From positions 32,001-96,000 of the forward strand of contig CAWHAE010000019.1 in NCBI GenBank assembly GCA_963827235.1: a stretch of 64,000 nucleotides of DNA, given 5' to 3'. The stretch is from an uncultured bacterium (GTDB taxonomy: Bacteria > Chloroflexota > UBA5177 > JANWHV01). The notes under the pieces were generated by a model. It made no database searches. It saw only the letters and a program-made list of their open reading frames with translations, and was not told where the DNA came from. Below, one piece after another: positions 1 through 8,447 of the stretch (the stretch's first letter is position 1; every line of letters begins with the position of its first letter). The position numbers were made by a program, and so were the translations under genes.

Positions 1-205
1 TGCCCTGCACCCTCCGGGGGCGTGTCGCCAAGGGGAGGCCTGGTGTCTGCTCTCTCCCGAGGCGGCTATGAAGCCGAAACCGGAGAGATCGCTGTAGTAG
101 TGCCGCCCGCCTCGCCCCGAGACTCGGTTCGTCATGTCGGCAGGTCCTAACGGCACCGTGGCTTAGCAGAGACAGGCTGCCGGATCAAATCCGGATCTGT
201 ACGAC

Positions 206-1744
206 TCAGGCGGAGGCGATCTGGGTAGCTGCGTTGGCGGCAAGTAGGGCGATGCTGAAGGTGCTGCCCTCTCCTGGAGCGCTCTCCACCCAGATGCGCC
301 CGCCCATCGCCTCGACCAGTGTGCGGGCGATGTACAGGCCTAGTCCGAGCCCTTCGCGCTTGCTCGTAGCGCTGGCACGGTAGTAGCGATCAAAGATGTG
401 CGGCACATCGTCGGCGCTAATTCCGGCACCGCGATCCGCGACCGCCACTACCACGTCATTGCCAGCGCAGCGTGCCGCGATCACCACCGTTGTTGCAGGG
501 TCGGAATACTTGAAGGCGTTGCTGATCAAGTTCGTCAGCACTCGCTCCAGGCGGTCCGGATCCGCCATCACCGCGGGCACAGTCGGCGCCACCTCGACGC
601 GAATCCGGGCATGGGCCCGGTCGTCGACCATCCGCTGCACCAGGTCGGCAAGAAAGGAAGCGAGATCCACGGGCGTGTGCTCGACGCGAAGCTGACCGGA
701 CTCCACGCGGGCCAGGTCCACCAGATCCCGGATCATGGCATCCATCCGTTGGGCTGCCAGCACGATAGCACGGGCGCTGCTGCGCAGTCGGTCCGGTTCC
801 ACGCCGGCCTCGAGGTACCGTGGGATAAGCTCAGCTTGGCCGAGGACGGACGTGAGGGGGCTGCGCAGATCGTGGGAGAGCGTGCGCAGCAGGTCGGCTT
901 GCTGGTCTTGCAGGGCACGCAGGGCCGTGATATCGCTGATGGAACCGACCACACCGATCACCTTGCCATCTGCCGCGCGAATCGGGGCTGCGCTGGTGGC
1001 GGTCCAGGCCGTGCTGCCGTCCGCCGCCCGCAACTGCGCTACTACGCCGTGTACCGTCTTGCCCTGCAGGGCGCAAAGCAGCGGCGCCTGATCGCGTGGA
1101 AACGGCGTGCCCTCCGACGTCTTGACCTCCCGAAGCACCAAGCGATCGTCTATCGACCGCTCGAAGTAGTCGGGTACGTCGACAAAGAGACGACGAGCGG
1201 CAGCGTTCATTCTGACGAGCCTGCCGGCGTGGTCGTACACGACCACGCCGTCGGGGATGGCCTCCAACGCCGTGTCTAGCTCCGCGGCGCGGGCCATGAG
1301 CTCTCGGCTGACGGCAAGTATCTGACGGCGCCGCGCCTGCACTGTGCCCCCCAGGAGGGCGATCGCCAGTGCAAAGAGTAGGGAGAGCACGAATCCGACT
1401 GTCTCTACAGCTACGTTGCTCCCGTCGGCTGGCACGGCAACATAGGCAAGTAGCGCGGAGCTCAACAGAGCGCCGGCCACGGCGGGTCCTGGTCCCCAGG
1501 TCAGCGCAACGCACAGGACGGCGAGCACCCCGCCTACGCCGTGGTACCTGAAGCGCGGCATGGCGGCTTCGATGCCGGAGGTAGCAGCAACGGCAACTAG
1601 CACCACCAGACAAGCGACTGCATAGCGGCACCACGGGTGTCGCAGGCGCGTTGGCGACCATGATGGCGACCAGCTAGACGAGGCCCACCACAGCCGAAGA
1701 CCGGCCAACACAGACGGGTTCTGGTTCGCAGTGGGCGTTGCCAT
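206..1744 (-). CDS. Membrane sensor histidine kinase (DUF4118/KdpD-like TM, PAS, HisKA, HATPase_c)
   Basis: Four hydrophobic helices; PAS (IPDGVVVYDHAGRLVRMN); H-box SHDLRSPL; N-box NLISNAFKYS; DxGxG; GLGLGL. ATG at 1744 preferred over the track start at 1786. Confidence 0.93.
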   Translation of the reverse strand: MATPTANQNPSVLAGLRLWWASSSWSPSWSPTRLRHPWCRYAVACLVVLVAVAATSGIEAAMPRFRYHGVGGVLAVLCVALTWGPGPAVAGALLSSALLAYVAVPADGSNVAVETVGFVLSLLFALAIALLGGTVQARRRQILAVSRELMARAAELDTALEAIPDGVVVYDHAGRLVRMNAAARRLFVDVPDYFERSIDDRLVLREVKTSEGTPFPRDQAPLLCALQGKTVHGVVAQLRAADGSTAWTATSAAPIRAADGKVIGVVGSISDITALRALQDQQADLLRTLSHDLRSPLTSVLGQAELIPRYLEAGVEPDRLRSSARAIVLAAQRMDAMIRDLVDLARVESGQLRVEHTPVDLASFLADLVQRMVDDRAHARIRVEVAPTVPAVMADPDRLERVLTNLISNAFKYSDPATTVVIAARCAGNDVVVAVADRGAGISADDVPHIFDRYYRASATSKREGLGLGLYIARTLVEAMGGRIWVESAPGEGSTFSIALLAANAATQIASA

Positions 1745-1876
1745 CGCCACGCCTCTCCAGACGCAGTTGCTATCACGCGGGCTCACTGGAAGCGTCCCGG
1801 CGCCCTGCCTCTAGTGCCAGGGATGAGTAGCACTTCCCGGGTCTCGCATGCCCCAGTTTACCTGCTTCTTCCGCGG

Positions 1877-2226
1877 ATGGCGACGAAGCGTAAGGCTGGT
1901 AGCTTGGTGAGCCGGCACCTGCCGTCGTTTGCCATCATCGCGGCATCATTCCTTCGCATGGACGGTGTCGTACGCCGTACCGGCCATGTGGTGTCTCGGC
2001 TCGTTGCGCTGCCCGTCCCATGGCCGAACATGAAGGTACTGCTGGATAGGATGTGCGGGCTGTTCAGGAGAATGGACTTGAGCTCCCCGTTCTCGTGGGG
2101 AGCGCGGAACACAACCCGACGCGGCGGATTGCAGACAGCACCATGCCGCCACTCCTGCACAAGCCGTTCGGTCTGGACGAGCTTCTCGGTGCAGTCGAGC
2201 ACCATATTGCGGTCGGCAATGGCTGA
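1877..2226 (+). pseudogene. Degenerate single-domain response regulator (receiver domain)
   Basis: Frame ending at TGA 2224-2226 reads ELPVLVGSA...LLHKPFGLDELLGAVEHHI, the C-terminal half of a REC domain with its KP motif. In-frame TAG at 2047-2049. The upstream remnant (ASFLRMDG...RLVALPVPWPNMK) lies in another frame. Confidence 0.6.
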
Positions 2227-2608
2227 GACCGTGCTGGCGGTTCGTTAGCCAGGCCAGCCGCAGTCGTGTCCGGGGCGGTACACCGATGTCGGCATGTCGT
2301 TCAGCGAGGGCGGCAAAGCACGTCGCGGGCCTCGATCGGCATCGGCACTCAGTCACCCGCCGTATCCGGGTGCTCGCCTACCAGGGAGGCGACCAGTTCG
2401 ACATGTGGTACCCGATGGGCGAAACTCACCCGATTGGGGACTCAAGGACTCGGCGCTACGTGCCGATTAAACAACTGAGCGGCCGGATCTCGATGAGCGG
2501 ACCGAGTTTCGCTTGGCGGCTCGTAAGCCATGAGAGGGCCGATCCTCGCCGGCACCGCCGCAGCCGCCGGGTATACCAGCGGGCTCCGGCAGCAGAAAGA
2601 CCAGCTCG

Positions 2609-4693
2609 ATGCACTATCTACGTTACGTTGGCCGTTCGCCGCGGCTGCTGCTGCAGCTTCTGCTGACCTTGTTGCTAGCCACCCTGATCGGTGGTGCCGG
2701 ACTTATCGGCTTGCGCTCCGCCCGCGACAACGTCACCTATACCGCGGATGTGCGCATGCCTGCCCTCGTGCGCCTGCTGGATGCGCAGCGCGATATTGCG
2801 CAGACCAACTACTACGGGTCACTGATGGTCAACGCCATCGTCGAAGGCCGGTCCACCAAAGAGGCCATACCGAGGCTGCAGGCAATGTCCGCGGCGGCTG
2901 TAACGAGCTTCACGCAGTATCAAACCGCGAGCCACCTCTCCGGACGGGAGAAACGCCTCGAGGACCAGACCGCAGCGCGCCTCAAGGCGTGGATGGCCTT
3001 TATCAACATGTCCAAGCAGCTCGCCACCTCGAAGGTGCCTGTTCCAACCGTCGAGACCGGTCTGGACCTCGCGGACACGACGGTCGTTGTACCGCTGATG
3101 GAAGCCCTCACCGCGCTCGTGCACCAGAACGAGGCCGATGCCGGGGCACGCGGGCATGACGCGGTAGTGGTGACCAACAGCGCCTCGGCGATACTGATCG
3201 CGGTCATCTTGCTGGCCACGGCGGTCGTCGGCAGTTTCCAGATCGGCCTCGGCGTGCGCGAACACCGGCGGCGCGTCCTCACGCGCCACAGCACGGACCT
3301 GGTCACGCTCATTGATGCGAATGGGAAGGTTGCCTATTCCAGCCCGACCTGGAAGCGCCTTCTCGGCTACGCGGAAAGCAGCGAGCCTGGTCACGCCCTC
3401 GTAGACCTGATCCATCCCGCAGATCTGCCGGAGGCCCAATCGACCTTCCACCGATTGCTCCAGGGCGATACGCAGGTGGACGAAGTGGAGAGCCGTGTAC
3501 GTAGCGCCGACGGCACCTATCGGTGGTTTGCCTCAACGGCCATCAATGAACTGCAAGATCCGCTGGTTCGCGGCATCGTCCTCACGAGCCGGGATGTGAC
3601 CCAGCGAAAGGAGGCCGAGGCAGCGCTCCGAGCGAGCGAAACGCGGTTGCACACCGCGATTGCCCATGCGCCGATTGCTCTGTTCGCCACGGACAGCGTC
3701 GGGACTATCACGTTTTACGAGGGAAGGCCGCTGGTGCCGGATGCAGCGGCCTCCGCATATCCGGTCGGCGAAAGGATCGAGGCATGGATCGGCCGCCTGG
3801 TGGATGCATGCGAGTTCAAGACGCAAGCATCTTCCGGCACACCGTTTTCCATGCTGGTCGAGACCGGTGATGAAGTGTACGAGGTATGGTGGCGACCCGA
3901 GCACGATGACGGGGGCGAGCTGGCCGGCGGAACCGGCGTCGCAGCCCTGGTCACGGACACCGTGCGGGCACGGCGTGAAGCCGAACGGGCGCAAGCGGCA
4001 GCGGTCGAGTTAGCGCAGTTGCGCAACAGCTTCGTAGCATCGGTCAGTCATGAGCTACGAACACCGCTCACGTCCATCGTCGGGTATAGCGAGCTTCTGA
4101 GAGCACATTGGAACCACTTCGATGATGCACAGCGGCTGGAACGGCTGGATCGCATTGTCGTTTCGGCCAACCGGCAACAGCGTCTGGTGGAGGACCTGCT
4201 GGCCGTGTCCCGTCTCGATGACGAGCATGTGCTTCCCCCGGCGCAGCCTCTTTGCCTTGCCGACATGGTGGAATCGGTGGTACAGGAGATCCAGGGGACC
4301 TACCCCGGGCAGCACATCGAACGGTGTGGGTCGACGGACCTGCAGGTACAGGCAGACCGTGATCGGACGGTCCGGATACTGACCAATGTCGTGGATAACG
4401 CCGCCAAGTATTCGCCTGAAGGCAGCCCAATTCGAGTGGAGTGGGCACGTCATGGAGAGGACGTGGTCATCCAGGTGTGCGATTCCGGCCCGGGCATAGC
4501 TGCCGATCACCGAGAGGAGCTCTTCACGCGGTTTGGCCGGATACCCGGGAGCCGCATCCGCTCGGGACATGTCGGTACCGGGCTCGGCCTCTACCTGGGC
4601 CGCCAGTTGGCCCGCGCGATGGGCGGCGAGCTCGACCTGGAGACGACAGGCCCGCGGGGCAGTGTGTTCCGCCTGCAGTTGCCTGCTGAGTGA
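2609..4693 (+). CDS. Sensor histidine kinase (TM-4HB-like extracellular domain-TM, PAS, PAS-like, HisKA, HATPase_c)
   Basis: Two TM helices flank a helical domain; PAS (LIHPADL...RVRSADGTYRW); SHELRTPLT; NVVDNAAKYS; GTGLGL. Confidence 0.93.
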   Translation: MHYLRYVGRSPRLLLQLLLTLLLATLIGGAGLIGLRSARDNVTYTADVRMPALVRLLDAQRDIAQTNYYGSLMVNAIVEGRSTKEAIPRLQAMSAAAVTSFTQYQTASHLSGREKRLEDQTAARLKAWMAFINMSKQLATSKVPVPTVETGLDLADTTVVVPLMEALTALVHQNEADAGARGHDAVVVTNSASAILIAVILLATAVVGSFQIGLGVREHRRRVLTRHSTDLVTLIDANGKVAYSSPTWKRLLGYAESSEPGHALVDLIHPADLPEAQSTFHRLLQGDTQVDEVESRVRSADGTYRWFASTAINELQDPLVRGIVLTSRDVTQRKEAEAALRASETRLHTAIAHAPIALFATDSVGTITFYEGRPLVPDAAASAYPVGERIEAWIGRLVDACEFKTQASSGTPFSMLVETGDEVYEVWWRPEHDDGGELAGGTGVAALVTDTVRARREAERAQAAAVELAQLRNSFVASVSHELRTPLTSIVGYSELLRAHWNHFDDAQRLERLDRIVVSANRQQRLVEDLLAVSRLDDEHVLPPAQPLCLADMVESVVQEIQGTYPGQHIERCGSTDLQVQADRDRTVRILTNVVDNAAKYSPEGSPIRVEWARHGEDVVIQVCDSGPGIAADHREELFTRFGRIPGSRIRSGHVGTGLGLYLGRQLARAMGGELDLETTGPRGSVFRLQLPAE

Positions 4694-4868
4694 GCGTGCA
4701 GCCCGGCATTCTCTGGCATGAGTGGAGCTACGGCCGAGGCGTACAAGCAATCAGTGTGCTTAAGGTCCGGAACCGGTCGCGGTGCAAGATTCATCATTCC
4801 GGCACCTGCGTCCAACGGATCGTAGGTTCTGTGCTCGTCGGCCGATCCTAGTGGCCAGATGCGCGGGC

Positions 4869-4975
4869 GCGGTACGCTATAGCTCTTCAGGTAAACAACC
4901 CCACACCTGTGGGGAATTCTACTCTGGTGCTGCCAGTCCGAAACTCGGAATCATTATCTGACGACCTATAGCCGC
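4869..4975. ncRNA. Candidate structured RNA (closing stem plus three-hairpin junction), family unassigned
   Basis: GCTATAG/CTATAGC and TCAGGTAA/TTATCTGA outer stems enclose hairpins CCCCAC/GTGGGG, CTGG/CCAG and TCCGA/TCGGA in a lower-GC intergenic stretch. Confidence 0.4.
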
Positions 4976-5340
4976 TACCTAAAGTGGAGCCACGCTGACA
5001 CCCGCAGGCAGCGTGCGGTCGTCGGCACAAATGCATGTAGATCCCGTCGTGGATTCACTATAGGTCGTCGCGCGGTGGGCGATGACGGCAGTTCTGCGCG
5101 AGAGGCTCTCGGATTGACCGCTCGCGCCGCTCGCGCAAAGCATCTCGCAGCACGACAGTACGGCGATCTGCGCATTCGTGCACTGCCCACATAGGTATCG
5201 ATAGTACGCTCGGTGTATATTGGCGTAATGCTAGGCCTGTGCTATGGTTGGTGGTAGCGTCAGCCCGAGATGCTCGTGGCCGATCTCATTCCTGCAGGCC
5301 ATCCTCCACCCAGAGCGATACTGTAGGAGACCACCGGCCG

Positions 5341-7461
5341 ATGGTAGCCTTGGCACCGAGAGTACTCCTGGCATCTCTTCCGCGTCTGCATGCTTGGGTT
5401 GCCGCCAACACCTGGACGCCCAACTGGCGGCTGGCCGCGTTGCGCCGCCCCCTCGCCAGTTATGCGTCAGCGGTGGTAGTGGTCGCGCTTGCCGCCGCGG
5501 TCACCTACGGCGTTGAGCGCAGCGTGGACAACTACAGTTTCCACGGCATGATCGGCTTCCTTGCCGTCCTCTGCGTGGCGATCGTGTTGGGGACTGCGCC
5601 TGCGCTGGTCGGTGCGGCGCTGAACGCTTCCCTCTTGAACTTTGTCGTCGTGCCGCCACGACTGGTGTCAACGTCCCCGAGCCCAGGGCACATGGCATCG
5701 CACCTGGTGTCCTTTGCGCTGTCGTTCCTGTTTGGCGTTGTTCTTGGCTTCGTGGCAGGGCAAGAGGAGGCGCGACGCCGCCGAATGGCCAGGCAGCATG
5801 CTGCACTGCAATCGGCGACGACCGAGCGAGAACGCGTGTTGGGTCGCTTGCAAGCCGTGCAGGCCGTTACCGATGCGGCGCTGGCGCACCTGCCGACGCA
5901 GGACTTGCTGCGCCAGCTGCTGGCCCGCCTGGCGCAGGCACTGGCGGCAGACAACGCCGCCTTGCTGCTGCTCACCGAGGACGGCCGCTCCCTGGTCGTC
6001 TACCTGGCCCATGGTGCCGAGGAGGAGCAGGTCGGCGACATCGTCGTCCCCGTGGGACAGGGCTTTGCCGGTCGCATCGCCGCCTCACGGCAGCCGCTTG
6101 TCGCGGACGACGTGCGCAGTGCCGACGTCTCCAATGTGCAGCTCGTCGCCGCGGCCAGCTCCATAGCCGGCGTGCCTGTCATGGTCGAGGATCGGCTCGT
6201 GGGCGTATTGCACGCGGACTCCGCCCGCCCGCGGCGCTTCACCGACGAGGACCTCGAAGTGCTGCGGCTCGTCGCGGAGCGTGTCGGCCTGGTCGTCGAG
6301 AACGGGCGTCTGTTTGCCGAGGCGCAGCAGCGCAGCGCCGACCTGGCCACGGAGCGCGACCGGCTCCAGCGTATCCTGGACGTCCTCCCGGAGGCGGTCG
6401 TCATCTATGATGCCGAGGCGCGCGTCACGGCGGTGAATCCGATTGGCGAAGCGCTCTTTGGCGCGGACATCGTGGGCAAGAAGCAGGTCGGACTCGATTT
6501 GGCGGCGCGGCTGCCGGACGGTACCCCACTAGCACCGGAGCAATTCCCCGCCGTACAGGCGCTGATGACGGGAGAGAGCGTGCGCGGCGTGCGATTGGTG
6601 GTGCGGACCGCCCGCTCCGGCGACGACGTCACTCTGGTGGTGAGCAGCGCGCCGCTGCTCGATGAGAACGGTGCGATCGTGGGCACGGTGGCGGTCGCGC
6701 AGGACATCTCCGCGATTCGGGACCTCGAGCAGCAGCGGGATCGCATGCTGGCCACGGTCACGCACGACCTCAGGAATCCACTGACCAGCATCTCGGGCAT
6801 GAGCCAGATCCTGCAGTTACGCGTGGGCCAGGTGGATGAGCCGCTGCGGGAGCGCTTTGTGCATGGCCTGCAGATCATCGAAACCGCGGCGCAGCGCATG
6901 ACGGAGCAAATCAGTGAGCTGCTGGACTACGCGCGGGTGCAGACCGGCCGCCAGGTGGCGCTGGATTCCCGTCCCACGGACGTCATCGCGCTGCTGCGAA
7001 AGACGCTCGAGGAGCATCAACGCTCGACCGAGCGCCACACCCTGGAATTGCAGAGCGAGGAGGAGAGGCTGGTTACCTTGCTCGACCCCCAGCAGCTCGA
7101 GCGTGCCATGGCCAACCTGCTGGTGAACGCTATCAAGTACAGCCCGCGGGGAGGGCCAATCGTCGTCGCGGTCGCCCGATCGCTTGGGCCCGACGGCCAG
7201 TGGCTGCGGATCGCGGTCGCCGATAGCGGGCTCGGCATTCCCAGTGCGGATCTGCCGCATATCTGCGAGCAGTATTACCGAGCCAGCAACGTGACGACTA
7301 CTATTCCCGGCACCGGCATTGGACTGGCGAACGTTCGCCACATGGCGGAGCGGCACGGTGGCACAATGAGCATCGACAGCACCGAAGGTGTGGGCACGAC
7401 CGTCACCCTGCAGCTTCCTTTGCGGCGTGCTGAGGACGCGCAGGTCAGGTTGGAACGGTAA
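5341..7461 (+). CDS. Sensor histidine kinase (DUF4118-like TM, GAF, PAS, HisKA, HATPase_c)
   Basis: AGGAGA RBS before ATG 5341; GAF (GQGFAGRIAASRQP...GVPVMVEDRLVGVL); THDLRNPLT; NLLVNAIKYS; GTGIGL. Confidence 0.93.
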   Translation: MVALAPRVLLASLPRLHAWVAANTWTPNWRLAALRRPLASYASAVVVVALAAAVTYGVERSVDNYSFHGMIGFLAVLCVAIVLGTAPALVGAALNASLLNFVVVPPRLVSTSPSPGHMASHLVSFALSFLFGVVLGFVAGQEEARRRRMARQHAALQSATTERERVLGRLQAVQAVTDAALAHLPTQDLLRQLLARLAQALAADNAALLLLTEDGRSLVVYLAHGAEEEQVGDIVVPVGQGFAGRIAASRQPLVADDVRSADVSNVQLVAAASSIAGVPVMVEDRLVGVLHADSARPRRFTDEDLEVLRLVAERVGLVVENGRLFAEAQQRSADLATERDRLQRILDVLPEAVVIYDAEARVTAVNPIGEALFGADIVGKKQVGLDLAARLPDGTPLAPEQFPAVQALMTGESVRGVRLVVRTARSGDDVTLVVSSAPLLDENGAIVGTVAVAQDISAIRDLEQQRDRMLATVTHDLRNPLTSISGMSQILQLRVGQVDEPLRERFVHGLQIIETAAQRMTEQISELLDYARVQTGRQVALDSRPTDVIALLRKTLEEHQRSTERHTLELQSEEERLVTLLDPQQLERAMANLLVNAIKYSPRGGPIVVAVARSLGPDGQWLRIAVADSGLGIPSADLPHICEQYYRASNVTTTIPGTGIGLANVRHMAERHGGTMSIDSTEGVGTTVTLQLPLRRAEDAQVRLER

Positions 7462-7619
7462 GTGCCTGGGCCACTGTTCACACCATGATGCTAGGTCTGT
7501 CCGGATGCGAGTCCTCAGCTGGATGCGAACATACCGCCCCGTAGCGTGCCGTCGATGCCGGGTGGTCACCGCGCGGCAAGCAGTGCCGTCGCCTCAAGCT
7601 ACGTCTGGGTTTGTGTGTC

Positions 7620-7826
7620 CTACTTTGGGAGGACGACCTGCCAGCGGGTCTGGAGATCCGTGCAGTAGCAGCGCTTGCAGAGGCTGCCGCCGTCCTGATC
7701 CCAGGTGTGAAGGAGGAGCGTGGACGACGCGTCGTCGCTGCGGGGTTGGCCGGCGATCATCGGGCAGGGCTCGATGCAGGTGCCGCAGCATTCGCAGCGA
7801 TGGCCGGCATACGCTTGGGCCACCAC
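7620..7826 (-). other. Small Cys-rich ORF, possible degenerate HNH/zinc-finger fragment
   Basis: AGHRCECCG...LLHTWD...LCKRCY pattern; no clear start or RBS. Confidence 0.25.
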
Positions 7827-8447
7827 CGCCGTTCGGGAAGCTGATGTACGAGCCGCTCACGGTCGACTGGCCGTCGACCGCTGTGGCGGTCGTCTGGAAG
7901 CGGCGGAGGCTGCCGTCGCAGGGGAGGCGGGCCACCCAGTCGTACGACCGATCGCCCACATTAGGCTGCCACTTACCGGCCGGCGCGTCTGAATGGGGGA
8001 GTGCAGTCGGCGGTGGACAGCCGTACTATCAAGCGAGACTCCGGCAGACAATTCTGGACGATCGTGCAGAAGGCGCAGCGCTGCACGCCCGCAAGCCACC
8101 TTGTGCACGATCGTCTGGGTCACATGGGGCATGCTGCATCGGGATGGGACAGAAGAAGGGCGGGCCAGGTTACCGCACGCCCAGTCGTTGAAGGGTCGGG
8201 TTTGGCGTCGCCTGCTGCTGCTGGTGACCAGGGCTGCCCCGCGCCTGACGCCGGCTGAACGCCGCATTGTGCTCGCCCTCCACCCACTCCCCGTCGGTGC
8301 GACGCTGGCGGCGGTGGTCTCGACCGCGCAGGGCGAGAACGCGGCCATGCGCTTGCAGCGCGCCGACCCGGCAGGAGGGCTACCTCCGCTTCAGGCATCG
8401 CCTGGCTTTCGGTGTTGTGCGCTCGGCCGAGCGCCGGGAGAGCACCC

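Noticed and set aside
1-205. Hairpins and a CAGGTCC motif suggesting SRP RNA or a riboswitch
   Set aside because: SRP GGAAGCAGC motif is absent, no complete aptamer is recognisable, and the context is cut by the window edge.
2415-2470. Resemblance to a c-di-GMP-I riboswitch (GGGCGAAAC...GGACTCAAGG)
   Set aside because: No GNRA loop and P2 cannot pair; at best a decayed copy.
4745-4825. SGTGRGARFIIPAP, like a HATPase C-terminal remnant
   Set aside because: Too short to distinguish from chance.
4891-4919. CRISPR array
   Set aside because: Only one repeat-like unit, no spacers or cas genes; kept only as a solitary-repeat finding.
8240-8340. LTPAERRIV LuxR-like HTH start
   Set aside because: The remaining HTH is not recognisable and there is no credible ORF start.
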